A stretch of DNA of 63,794 bases, counting the filler, from Stramenopiles sp. TOSAG23-3 (lineage: Eukaryota): NCBI GenBank assembly GCA_900128585.1. It is 9 parts of 9 records of this genome, joined end to end, with 100 filler letters (N's around TTAATTAATTAA, not from the genome) between each part and the next. Parts side by side here need not be neighbours in the genome. Positions count along the whole stretch, not along the records: positions 15,689 to 23,425 come from LT643106.1; positions 23,526 to 31,250 come from LT643107.1; positions 31,351 to 39,072 come from LT643108.1; 6 more parts are not named here. The stretch is one strand, 5' to 3'. This document shows, in pieces, positions 22,301 through 32,124 of the stretch; position 1 is the first letter of the stretch; each line of letters begins with the position of its first letter. Below the pieces are notes generated by a model. It was not told where the DNA came from. It was given only the letters and a program-made list of their open reading frames with translations, and searched no databases. Made by a program: the position numbers and the translations under genes.

Positions 22301-23425
22301 GCAACGTCTTCGACAGCATCCAAAAACTCGTCAAAGTCAATTTCGTCATCGTTGTTCGCATCTAATCTATTCAACAGCCCCGCGACGTCCGAGTCCGTCA
22401 ACGGCAATCCGCACGCATCCTTCAAAAACGCCTCGAAAGACTTTCGGTCCAGAGTGGTTTCCTCCCCGGCCGCAATTTCCCATATATCTTCAATGGAATT
22501 TCCGCGGCGCTCGAACACTTTCACTTTGATTTTCAGCTTTTTTAGAAGGCGCTCCACGTCCGGGCTGGGGTCAATGAAGTACATAAAATCTACAAACGAG
22601 GTCGTGGTATCGTCGACCGAGAAACGTTTCGTGACGGCGTTCAACTCTCCGGTGGATAGTTTGGACGACGGAGAGACTTTTGAAAGTGCTGCTTGGAACT
22701 TCTTGCTCTTCATCGTCCCCTTCGTCAGATTGCCCCCGCCCGCCTTGAACTTCTTTCTCATGAATTCGTTTGCAGATTTAAACTTTTGCTTCGGGCTATT
22801 CTCCTTTTCCAGCTGGTCCGCGATACCCTTTCGAAGCTTTTCGGTGGCTTTCTGAACCACAGAGGCGTCGCTGCCGTGCTTGGCGGACGGGGTGGCAACA
22901 AATATTGCAAAATCTAAAATGTTTATTTTCGCATTTTTGTCGTCCTCCCCAAAGGCGTCCGCGATGCTGGCCCAATCGTCTTCGCTCACTTTCTTAAACT
23001 CTAGTTTGGAGCTCAGGGAGAGGAAGTCTTCCCGGTCCACGACGTTGTCCTTGGCCGTCTTAGAGAACGTCTTCAAAATGTGGGTGCGCACGCTGGCTTT
23101 CTTCGCCAAGGAGATCGCCTTGCCGCTCTTCCACAATCGTTTTCTCAGCCTTTTCTTCAACAATGCGTGCTGTGATTCCTTCTCATCGCCCTCTTCGTCG
23201 CTCTCTTCTTCGCTATCGTTCCCAGAGTCTTCCTCGTCCTCGTCTCCCGCATCGATCTTAATTTTGAGCAGATCGGCAAATTCCACCGGGTCGATTTCGC
23301 CGTCACCGTTTTGGTCGAGTCGCATAACAACGTGCCACGCCAGAGATTCTTCTATGGGGATGTTCTGCGAGTTTAAGCCCTCGATGAATTCCTCGGTGGA
23401 TATTTTCCCGTCCCCGTTCCTGTCG
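19378..23425 (-). CDS. NPHP1: Nephrocystin-1-like protein with many EF-hands and a Tudor-like module; 5' end cut by the contig end
   Basis: EF-hand loops DQNGDGEID, DANNDDEIDFDEF, DTDGSGLIDAVEL, DADKSGSLEESEF and DLDGSGTIEFEEF. The C-terminal IPVP...KRSVRVCL...GNQHICPASW...ILFEL...VGWCALPL...QGGS...LYVYRYIIG...HNPALQVFPKILNEP parallels the NPHP1 C-terminal homology region. The frame is open up to the N gap. Confidence 0.78.
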
Positions 23426-23714
23426 NNNNNNNNNNNNNNNNNNNNNNNNNNNNNNNNNNNNNNNNNNNNTTAATTAATTAANNNNNNNNNNNNNNNNNNN
23501 NNNNNNNNNNNNNNNNNNNNNNNNNATAAAATATTTCAGATTCTTATTTACTGTGCTATACTGTCTACCTGCTATTTAATCTTGTCCTCTTCCACAAACA
23601 TATTATTAACCCTAATTCTAACTTCAACTTAAAAAAAATATTTTCAGAGTTCACAAATGACAATTCCTTGATTGGTTGGTTTACAAGAAAGACAACGAGC
23701 ACCTTTAAACCATT

Positions 23715-23975
23715 CACGCCATTGCTTGAAAAACCACACAAGGAATGATTCGGCTATGAGTGAGACATCGGATGAGGAAGTTGATTATAGGTGTTTTGAC
23801 ATCGGCGCAATTCCACACACTGATTCGGATCATGCATGGGCCAATTTTTTGTTTGTAAATAACGGCAAATTTTTTGTTTTTTTTAATTTAATCATCTGAG
23901 AATGATTAGTCAAGGCTAAATGACAAGGGTATATCGATTAGAAAAACCAAAAGAGCAAAGATAATATTTTCAGTT
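23715..23975 (+). repeat. Decayed coding-derived dispersed repeat (MSETSDEE...DSDHAW), copy 1
   Basis: ATGAGTGAGACATCGGAYGAGGAAG...GATTCGGATCATGCATGG...TGACAAGGGTATAT is also present at 29301-29490(-) and partly at 43935-44012(-). Confidence 0.85.
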
Positions 23976-24034
23976 ATCAGTCAAATGACACATCATATGA
24001 ACATTTTTTATCGGGCGCCACATTTATCGCCTGT

Positions 24035-24902
24035 TTACCATTTGGGGTTACGCTTTCTCCCACTGTATTTGCTGTTGTGCCGTACCTTTTTCCCTTGGCG
24101 TTCTTGTCTCTCTTTCTTTGCTTGGATCCAATCTCTTGACTTTGGTGCTGCACGTTTAAACTTCCCCTTCTTTCCTTTATACCGTTCTCTCGTGTTTTCA
24201 TAACGAACGGTGCTCTGCTGCCCCCCGTAGTTCCCCTCTCCTGCAAATTCCTTTTCGTCCATCTCCAGTTTTGGTGCTAAATACGTGTGATTTGTACCTG
24301 CAGTTATGGTTAAATAGTACTTTTTAGCTTTTGTGCTGTTCGGAAGGTCGACCACCACCCCACCAGAGAAGCCGCACGCCGTTGCAGCTCTCACGGCCAT
24401 GTTCATTTGCACAGCAGACTCTGGGTAAAACTGAAATACAGCTCTCGCCCCACGAAAAAGTGAGCTGTATAGTTGGGAGAACAGGGCCATAAGTCGCTTT
24501 CGGGGGTTGTGGCACCTTTTACTGGGGTAAAATAGCCATTGGAGCGCCGAAATGCTGATAGCTCCGTCAAATACACCAGGACGAAATGCTATTCCTTGCC
24601 CCATATCTGCCTCCAGAACGTCCCCATCTACTTCCCTATCTACTGCAACGTTCAACATGTCTGGGCTTATGTCCATACCGACCCACTGGTGTCCCTTTTC
24701 AGTAATAATGCTCCCGCTCAAGGCACTTCCGCAACCGATATCTAACAAGAGACTGGATTTGCCTTCGGGTAAATTGAGAAGTTCAATCGCCCGCTCTGTG
24801 ATAACGCTCTGTATTTTTAGCATACGAGTATTTCTAGTATACTTCAAGGCTTCTTTCTCGAGGCGCCGCATACTCTGGGCGCGTTTTGACGTGCCCTGCC
24901 AT
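24035..24902 (-). CDS. BUD23: 18S rRNA m7G methyltransferase BUD23/WBSCR22 with a frameshifting 5' deletion (pseudogene or assembly error)
   Basis: LLDIGCGSALSG, GMDISPDML, DMGQG, FDGAISISALQWL, RAVFQFYPE, PNSTKAKKYYL and KERQERQGKKV...SKYSGRKR. The true N-terminus MAGHVKTRPEYAAP (ATG 24902) is in a different frame from EKEALKY. Confidence 0.9.
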
Positions 24903-25520
24903 AATCCAAAATTTTCTTCTATATAGTTTATGCGCAAATAAAAAATATTCGCAAGAACAGAACCACTCTCGCTCGATTTGACGAAACGATGGGTGTTGGA
25001 CTTTCGGGTTTCCGTACTATCTGTTTTTACATATAGCTTAATCGATCGGCTTGGTGGAGTCTCATTTGGACTGTCAGTTACAGTGCATGTGGTGATATTT
25101 GATTTTTTTTAATTTTTACAGTGGTGGTGGTGGGGTGGTGTAGTATTATTTTTCTTCTTCTTCTGATGAAGAGACTTCGTAGTCTTTGTTGTTCTTTTTT
25201 TTTTTTTATTATTATTATTTTATTACATTATTACAGTAGTATTATTATTATTATATTAAATTTCCATTATACTACTGTATTATTAGTCTTATTATACTGG
25301 TACTGGTACCGTAATATATAATACTGCTGTATTATTTTATTACGTAATATTATTAATAATAATTTATTAGTAATTATTATTACGACATCATCGTCGTCGA
25401 ATTAGTATTATTATATAGCAGAATATATTATTACATATAGTAATTAAAAAAAAGTGATGATGAAATGATGAGAGTGATGATTATGAGATGACGACTTCTT
25501 CCTCGTTTAATGGTGACCAT

Positions 25521-25580
25521 CGATCGGGAACAGCATCTATACACGATCGAAAGGGAACAGCATCTATACACGATCGAAAA
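25521..25580. repeat. Short tandem duplication (GGGAACAGCATCTATACACGATCGAAA x2)
   Basis: Directly visible 27-nt unit. Confidence 0.9.
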
Positions 25581-26502
25581 AAAGATCTTTGAACTTCTTC
25601 TTGGATTATTTAATTATATGAGATCATGTATTAAACTGTATATTTTATATTTCATTACTAGTCTAGTTACTAGTTTAGTCTATATAATACTACGATATTT
25701 CATTCCCAATGGATACCGTGTAGTACGGTAGTACGGTAGAACGGTACGGAACAAATTGTTTTTTTTAAACACTTTGTCCATTATTTTACATAGTCTAATA
25801 TGATGATTGATGATTGATGCAGAGAAAAAATAAAATAATTACTGTACAGTATTATATTACTAGGACTATTAAATATTATAAAAAAACTAACAAAACAACA
25901 GCAGCTGCTTCTCTCGCTCTTCTTCTTCGCGATTATTAGAACTATTGTATAATATATTTATAATACCGTATATTATTTACCGTATTACATTACATTAATC
26001 TCTTCTTCGCGCAACATCTTTTTATTCCTTCCTCTCCTCTAATATAAATACGATATTTATTTATATATAATACCAAGGAACGGTACTTGTTTGGTAGTAG
26101 AAATAATAATAATTGTCACATCATCTCTTGTCTCTTGTCACACATAATTAAATACCACCACCAAGTATTATTAGAGAATTGTTATTTAAAAATACTACCA
26201 AGGTTGGTAGTAGTGTGTGTAAAGTAGATAGAAGTAGCAAATTTCCCCCGTAATAATACTTCATCAAATTATTACTCTCGCGACGAGATGATTTCGATCT
26301 TGCCATGTTGCCATATTGCCTCTGCGTTGAAAACCTCCAAACCTGTAGGCCCAACATAACCCCACGCCATCTCGTTTCTCAAGCACAGCTTCTGTAATTT
26401 TAAGAAACCCTGTACTTAAGGCATTATTGCGGCACGAAATAATCGCGCGTAGTGTTCGGCCGCATGTAAACGGATAATACAATATCTTGGCTTGGACAAT
26501 AC

Positions 26503-28431
26503 ATGGAACGCAGTGCGCCAGGTGGCTGCAAACGGCGTCGTTTGACCGCGGGAACGCCCAGCCACCGTCTTCTTGCATATTTGCACGAGGAATATGGCTG
26601 CTCTAACACGCATGTGTACATAGGAAAATCCTCTTTAGGGGGGAACGGGCTGTTTCTGGATGAAAATGTCGAACGGAACACGAAAATTTTGACTATTCCT
26701 TTACAACTCCTAATTACTGAGGAACTGGCACTGAATTCTGACGTCGGCCGAGCTGTAAAGGAAACTTTCGGGGACAATATTCCGGGCCGCATTATTTTGA
26801 TCTTATATTTGCTGCATATAAAGCATGCAGTTGCGTCAGATCCCACGCGTGAAAGCCGTTGGGCAGAATACATCGATTCGCTGCCGAGAATGTACAGCAC
26901 TCCCGTATTTCTTGCAAATCAAGGGGAGGACGACAGAACCCTCTCGCGCCTCGAGGGCACAGCTGTCGGTGCCCGGGAATACCGTCGACTAGAACAAATG
27001 AAAAGTACGTACACGGCGCTTTTCCCGACCTTGAGCAGGATGCACCCGCTGCTTTTTGCTGAATGTGCATACACATGGGATGCGTATTTATGGGGGCATA
27101 CGACGGTAGCAACAAGGCTGTTCCCGCCAACGTTTTCGATTCCGAACAATCAAAACGCAGAGACAGTGTCCGACGGACCTGGCGGCAGGACAAGACGCCC
27201 AACAGTGGTGCCCGGTGGTTGTTTGATTCCTTGCGCGGACATGTTGAACCACCAGGCAGGCAGTCGATTGAAATGGAGCACGGACAACCTTTGCCTGTAT
27301 GCGCATTCTACACGAAATATGGAGAGGGGGGAAGAAATTGTGTTCAGTTACGGAGACGAGAAGAGTAATGGGCATTTGCTGGTGACATATGGGTTTACGA
27401 CGCCTTTTAACACCCATGACGTGGTACCTCTAAATTTTTTGCCTCTTGGTACGCCTTGGCTCTCAACGTACCATGAAGACGGCACAGTGCCGAATCGCCT
27501 CTCTGAAATTGGAAAACGTCTGGGCCTTGCGCCAGTTGTAGCTTCTTGTAAGTGTTCGGGCAGTCCTGTTGAAATTTCTCGCTCGTTGCTAATGACCACT
27601 GCGCGTTTGTACTCGAGCAAAAACATCAGGGAAGCCTGTGCTGTTGAAGAGTTTGCGCAGGTTCTTTCGGTACAACTGGAGGAACAAGCGGTGATCTACG
27701 CCAAGAAAATTGTCGATACGGCCATGAGCAAAATGCAGAATCTGTCCGCATTTGATTCAATAGATGGAGATGCGCGGTTTGAGAGTTTTGGAAAGCACGA
27801 CTCTATCACATGGTACTTGCACGGCCAACTTCAGTCTTTGCGGCATACCATGGCTCTCCTGAATGTACACGCGGGTACATTGCAAGACACACGCAAAGGA
27901 CTGGAGCGTACTGGTTCATTTTCCATACATCGTACACACATGCGAATGGCTTTAGAACAAGCCAGGTATGCCCTCCGCGTCGGTGAAGTTCCTGTAGGCT
28001 GTGTGTTCGTAAGGGAGGGGGTGATTGTCGCCACTGGTCACAATAAAACGAACGTCACCTGCAACGCTACTCGACACGCTGAATTAGTAGCGTACGACAA
28101 AAGTTTCGTTGCCAGTGGGCAAAATCCCAAAGTCTTGGAAAACAGTACACTTTATGTTACCGTAGAACCCTGCATAATGTGCGCAGCAGCGCTCCGGGCA
28201 TGCGGCGTTAAGGCTGTATTTTTTGGGTGCCGCAACGACAAGTTCGGTGGAAACGGGTCAGTGCTTTCGCTCCACAAGACAGGTGCAACGGGTTTCACTG
28301 CAACGTCACAAGGATACGTTGTTACTGGAGGTATATTGGAACAAGAAGCAATTCATATGCTCCAATCATTTTACGAAAGAGGAAACACGAAAGCGCCGAA
28401 GCCCCAACGGAAAGTTGCAAAAGTGTGCTGA
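26503..28431 (+). CDS. ADAT2: Fusion of a SET-domain methyltransferase (SETD3/SETD4/Rubisco-LSMT class) and tRNA adenosine-34 deaminase ADAT2/Tad2
   Basis: SET part: GGNGLF, WAEYIDSLP, LIPCADMLNH, GEEIVFSYG, SNGHLLVTYGF. Deaminase part from about 27940: GEVPVGCVFV, NATRHAE, LYVTVEPCIMCA, GCRNDKFGGNGS, FYERGNTKAPKP. One uninterrupted 642-aa frame. Confidence 0.9.
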   Translation: MERSAPGGCKRRRLTAGTPSHRLLAYLHEEYGCSNTHVYIGKSSLGGNGLFLDENVERNTKILTIPLQLLITEELALNSDVGRAVKETFGDNIPGRIILILYLLHIKHAVASDPTRESRWAEYIDSLPRMYSTPVFLANQGEDDRTLSRLEGTAVGAREYRRLEQMKSTYTALFPTLSRMHPLLFAECAYTWDAYLWGHTTVATRLFPPTFSIPNNQNAETVSDGPGGRTRRPTVVPGGCLIPCADMLNHQAGSRLKWSTDNLCLYAHSTRNMERGEEIVFSYGDEKSNGHLLVTYGFTTPFNTHDVVPLNFLPLGTPWLSTYHEDGTVPNRLSEIGKRLGLAPVVASCKCSGSPVEISRSLLMTTARLYSSKNIREACAVEEFAQVLSVQLEEQAVIYAKKIVDTAMSKMQNLSAFDSIDGDARFESFGKHDSITWYLHGQLQSLRHTMALLNVHAGTLQDTRKGLERTGSFSIHRTHMRMALEQARYALRVGEVPVGCVFVREGVIVATGHNKTNVTCNATRHAELVAYDKSFVASGQNPKVLENSTLYVTVEPCIMCAAALRACGVKAVFFGCRNDKFGGNGSVLSLHKTGATGFTATSQGYVVTGGILEQEAIHMLQSFYERGNTKAPKPQRKVAKVC

Positions 28432-29300
28432 AGTAATGATCGCGCCTAATGGTAGGAAGGCGGGGCAATTTTCAAAAAGAAACCGAAAACGCTATTCAGA
28501 AATTTGTTTGCCCAAATGTCCATATTTTTTACGGCAATGAAAAAAAACATTAATATAGTATGTATACTTAGGTACCTCTCTTTTACAAAAATTAGAATTT
28601 GTTTTAAAATTTGTGCAGCGGGTGAAAGATCTTTTACGATTTAATTAAATAAATTTAAGTACACTCGTAATTTAAAAAAATACGCATCAAAGTAAGAAAC
28701 ACAAAAGACAAAAAACAAATTATAGGGATAACGTGGAAACGGATTATACAGGTAACTCCGAGATGAGTATTAAACAAGCGATTTCCCCGCAGGGGTCTCC
28801 AAAACTTGGACAACATTTTAGGGAATTTGATAATCTATCGCCCCCAACATCACAATAGTCGAACAGATCCAGGCAATCAAAAACAAATATAGCCGCTCTT
28901 TGAACTTTGGTAAAAATGAGGAGACTGATTCTCCAAGTAACTCTGTTGGGTCCGAAGAAGTGATTTACTCACAGGAGTCTCCAAAGAGGGGCGAAACTTT
29001 CAGGGACTTTGACTGGGAGAACAATCGATTTGTTGAATACAGATCCCCTTTTCTATAAAAGAAAAAAACACTATTACTATAGGAAAACAATCTTAGATTT
29101 CGAAGAATCGATGACTGATAGTAAGTGAGCGTCTTAAAGCATAATATGATACTATATATAATATGTTTTTTTTAAATTCTTTTTGTTGATGTTATGAATA
29201 CAAAACAAAATTAGTTGTTTGTTAATTTATAAGAAATGAAAATTTATTTTCCTCATCATGTACCGCGAAAATGAACCTGCCCCTTTTGTCCATTCCAATC

Positions 29301-29490
29301 ATCAATATACCCTTGTCACTTATAGTCTTGACTATCATTTTCAGATGTACTCCATGCATGATCCGAATCAGTAGGTGAATTAGCAATGCTTTCATCGAAT
29401 GACCCGTAGTCAGCTTCCTCGTCCGATGTCTCACTCATAGATAACTCAAACCTTGTGTGATTTTCCAAGCAGCGGCTGAAATTATGACGG
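29301..29490 (-). repeat. Decayed coding-derived dispersed repeat, copy 2
   Basis: Translates to RHNFSRCLENHTRFELSMSETSDEEADY...PTDSDHAWSTSENDSQD; homologous to 23715-23975. Confidence 0.85.
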
Positions 29491-29938
29491 ACTTTGACTG
29501 GGATTTGGATCGAGTTGTTGCGCGTACAGATCACCTTTAACAAGAAAAGAAATATTACCACTTGGTAGTAATTCTTCTCATTGGAATATATAAATAATTC
29601 CTCAGTTATTGACAATCAACGAAACGAAATTAACAAATCAAATTAAAACATCAAATTAAAACATCAAGATAGGATCAGCAGGCTTGGAACTGAAATCGTA
29701 ATTGATTTAAAATGAGAGTCGTCTTAAAGCATACCATATAATTTGTTTTTTCATATTAATCGTTACCTCCTTTATTACAATATGGGTATCAACCTACGTG
29801 ACCTTCCTAAGAAAGGCCACAAAATTGCCCCCAAATCGGATTTGCAATTAAAGGAAGTCTCAGACGATTTGTTGCAGCATCCCTTAAACGATTCACGAAA
29901 GCTAGCTGAAAATATTGTCTTCAAGCCGACCAAAATAA

Positions 29939-31250
29939 AAGTCCAAGAAAGGACTGAAGAAAAATGCATGGACTTCCTTTGACTTTGCAAACCACAACTC
30001 GTATGGTGGGGGCACATTTCCTAATATATACGCAGCATTCGCGGGGTTTCAGGTATACAGCAAAAGTGCATTTCCCAACACTGCCGCGGAAGATTTAGAA
30101 CCCAGGCCGTGGTGGCTCTTAGGCTCAAAAGGCAACCGCTTTGCTACGTTCTACTCTACAATGTCCGTCCTACAAGGACTTTCGTTTGGACCAGAAAACC
30201 ATTTTGATTTTAGTGACGTGCAAAACGCAGCCGACGTCGTATTGCGGGAGGCTGTGAGCCTAAATGCAGGCTATTATGGATACGAGCCATACAACGACAT
30301 CTACTCAAAGCACTGTTTGGGGGGTAAAGCTGCCCCGAATCATGTTTTTGAGTATTTAAGACAATTCACCATTGCGGCCACAACACCAGAGGTGCCGTTT
30401 TCTGGCACAAACAGAAGACGAGGAATTGCACAATGGCAATCTTCTGAATGCCCGTATGATCGATGAGCCATTAACGAAGTTCTTGGAAAATATGGAAAGC
30501 GATGGCAGAGGTACTGATACTATTATTATTATAAATGCAGATCACGGTCCGCGATATGGTGGTAGTCAAGACCATGATATTCTCGGCCACCTGTACAACA
30601 TCAACCCTGTCCTTCGCGTATTGTTACCACAGTCACTGTTGGAAAAATATGGGGAAATTTTGGCGGACAACCAGCGGCTGATTACTCAATTCTTAGACTT
30701 GTATGCAACCTTGCGCCATCTGGTCGAAGATGGAAGCACAGGTATGCACTACCGCACCAATAGCAGCATGTGGAGAAAACCGCAGGAGGGGAAAAGTTTG
30801 TTTCGAACAATAAAACCAAACCGAACATGTATCGAGGCGGGAATTAATGAAGTTCGGTGTACCTGCGCTTTTGGCCCCAAGAAAATAATCCTGTCAAATA
30901 GGGTTGGAAGGGAGGTCCAATTGCCGAATGAGTTTTTTAAGATTAAGGAAAGATTAAAAGCCCTCTCCGAGATGCAGTTGTGGCATTTGGGTGGCAATGG
31001 AAAAATTCTGGGGTGCAAGCAGCCCCATTTTAAGCAGATCGATCGGTTAGAGGTTCAGCGTCCACACAAAGATGCTGTAGGGGAGAATGGAGCAGGGCAA
31101 TACACGTTCGAAATGTGGTTCGAGATGGGGACTTTAATGCTTCTACGGCCCTTGCAGGGAGACGGAATCATAAAAGCAATTACATTATCTCCCTGGATCG
31201 GACGACGCCCATGCCTAAATCGTGCAAAGATGCTGTTGCCGCCGCACCGA
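29939..31250 (+). pseudogene. DUF229/sulfatase-like (alkaline phosphatase superfamily) gene remnant; 5' part missing, frameshift near 30375, cut by the contig end
   Basis: FANHNSYGGGTFPNI and CLGGK...VFEYLRQF lie in one frame; DEPLTKFL...IIIINADHGPRYG...NQRLITQFLDLYATL...GKSLF...RTCIEAGI...CTC lie in the next. Confidence 0.7.
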
Positions 31251-31350
31251 NNNNNNNNNNNNNNNNNNNNNNNNNNNNNNNNNNNNNNNNNNNNTTAATT
31301 AATTAANNNNNNNNNNNNNNNNNNNNNNNNNNNNNNNNNNNNNNNNNNNN

Positions 31351-31606
31351 TCTCGAACGGGTTATCAGTTTTATCGATTTCTTTTTGCATTTCTTTGACC
31401 GTTTTAAGACTTTCAGAACGCCGCAGACGTTCTGCTTGAGTTTTTTTGTTCAAGTAATAAGAGGGCGGGACCCCCATTGCTTCATAAAAGGACTGTATCT
31501 GCTGAGGCACTTTTGGTGGTATTTTGAACCTTTCTTTGCGTTTGAACAAATCGACCCGTTCATTCATCACGCCGGGAGAAACATCATTGGCCACACTTAC
31601 AGACAT
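31351..31606 (-). CDS. 5' fragment of an unknown protein, cut by the contig end
   Basis: Open frame from ATG 31606 into the N gap; coding-like composition. Confidence 0.5.
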
Positions 31607-32124
31607 GTGTCACAAACAACTTACAAAAGTGCAAAGTCTGCAATCGCTTCTGCATTGTTTGTAATACTTTAAACAAGCGACAACTGGATGTCTGCTTTTT
31701 TCTACTTTGAACATCAACATTGAATCAATATTTGTTGATGGTACTGCAAAACGAAAACTGTTTTTAATTGTCGGTCATGTGCATCTTCATATATTATTAT
31801 ATTAAAAATCAGAAAAAATATTGGCTGTTGTTGTTTGTTTTTGTAAAGAGAAGAAGAAGAAGGATAGAACGTAGTTAAAAAAAAAGTACTTCTTATTATT
31901 TCTATCAATTCGCACTGCCACCCTAGTACGTCAGGTATTAAAATACTATAATATTTTATATATAATTTGTATTTTCATAGAAAATATTACAATATAATAT
32001 ATTTTTTAAAAGCAAAAAAATAATGGAGCTGGTTCTTTTTTAACAAAAAATAAGTCCAGATTTTATTAAAGAAAATACCGCCATAGTTAGTCTTGACAGT
32101 AATTGCAAACATTTCATTTTCATC

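Noticed and set aside
25521..25580. Short direct repeats as a possible CRISPR-like array (also 14253-14335, 62432-62518)
   Set aside because: Only two adjacent units with little or no spacer, no cas genes, eukaryotic context.
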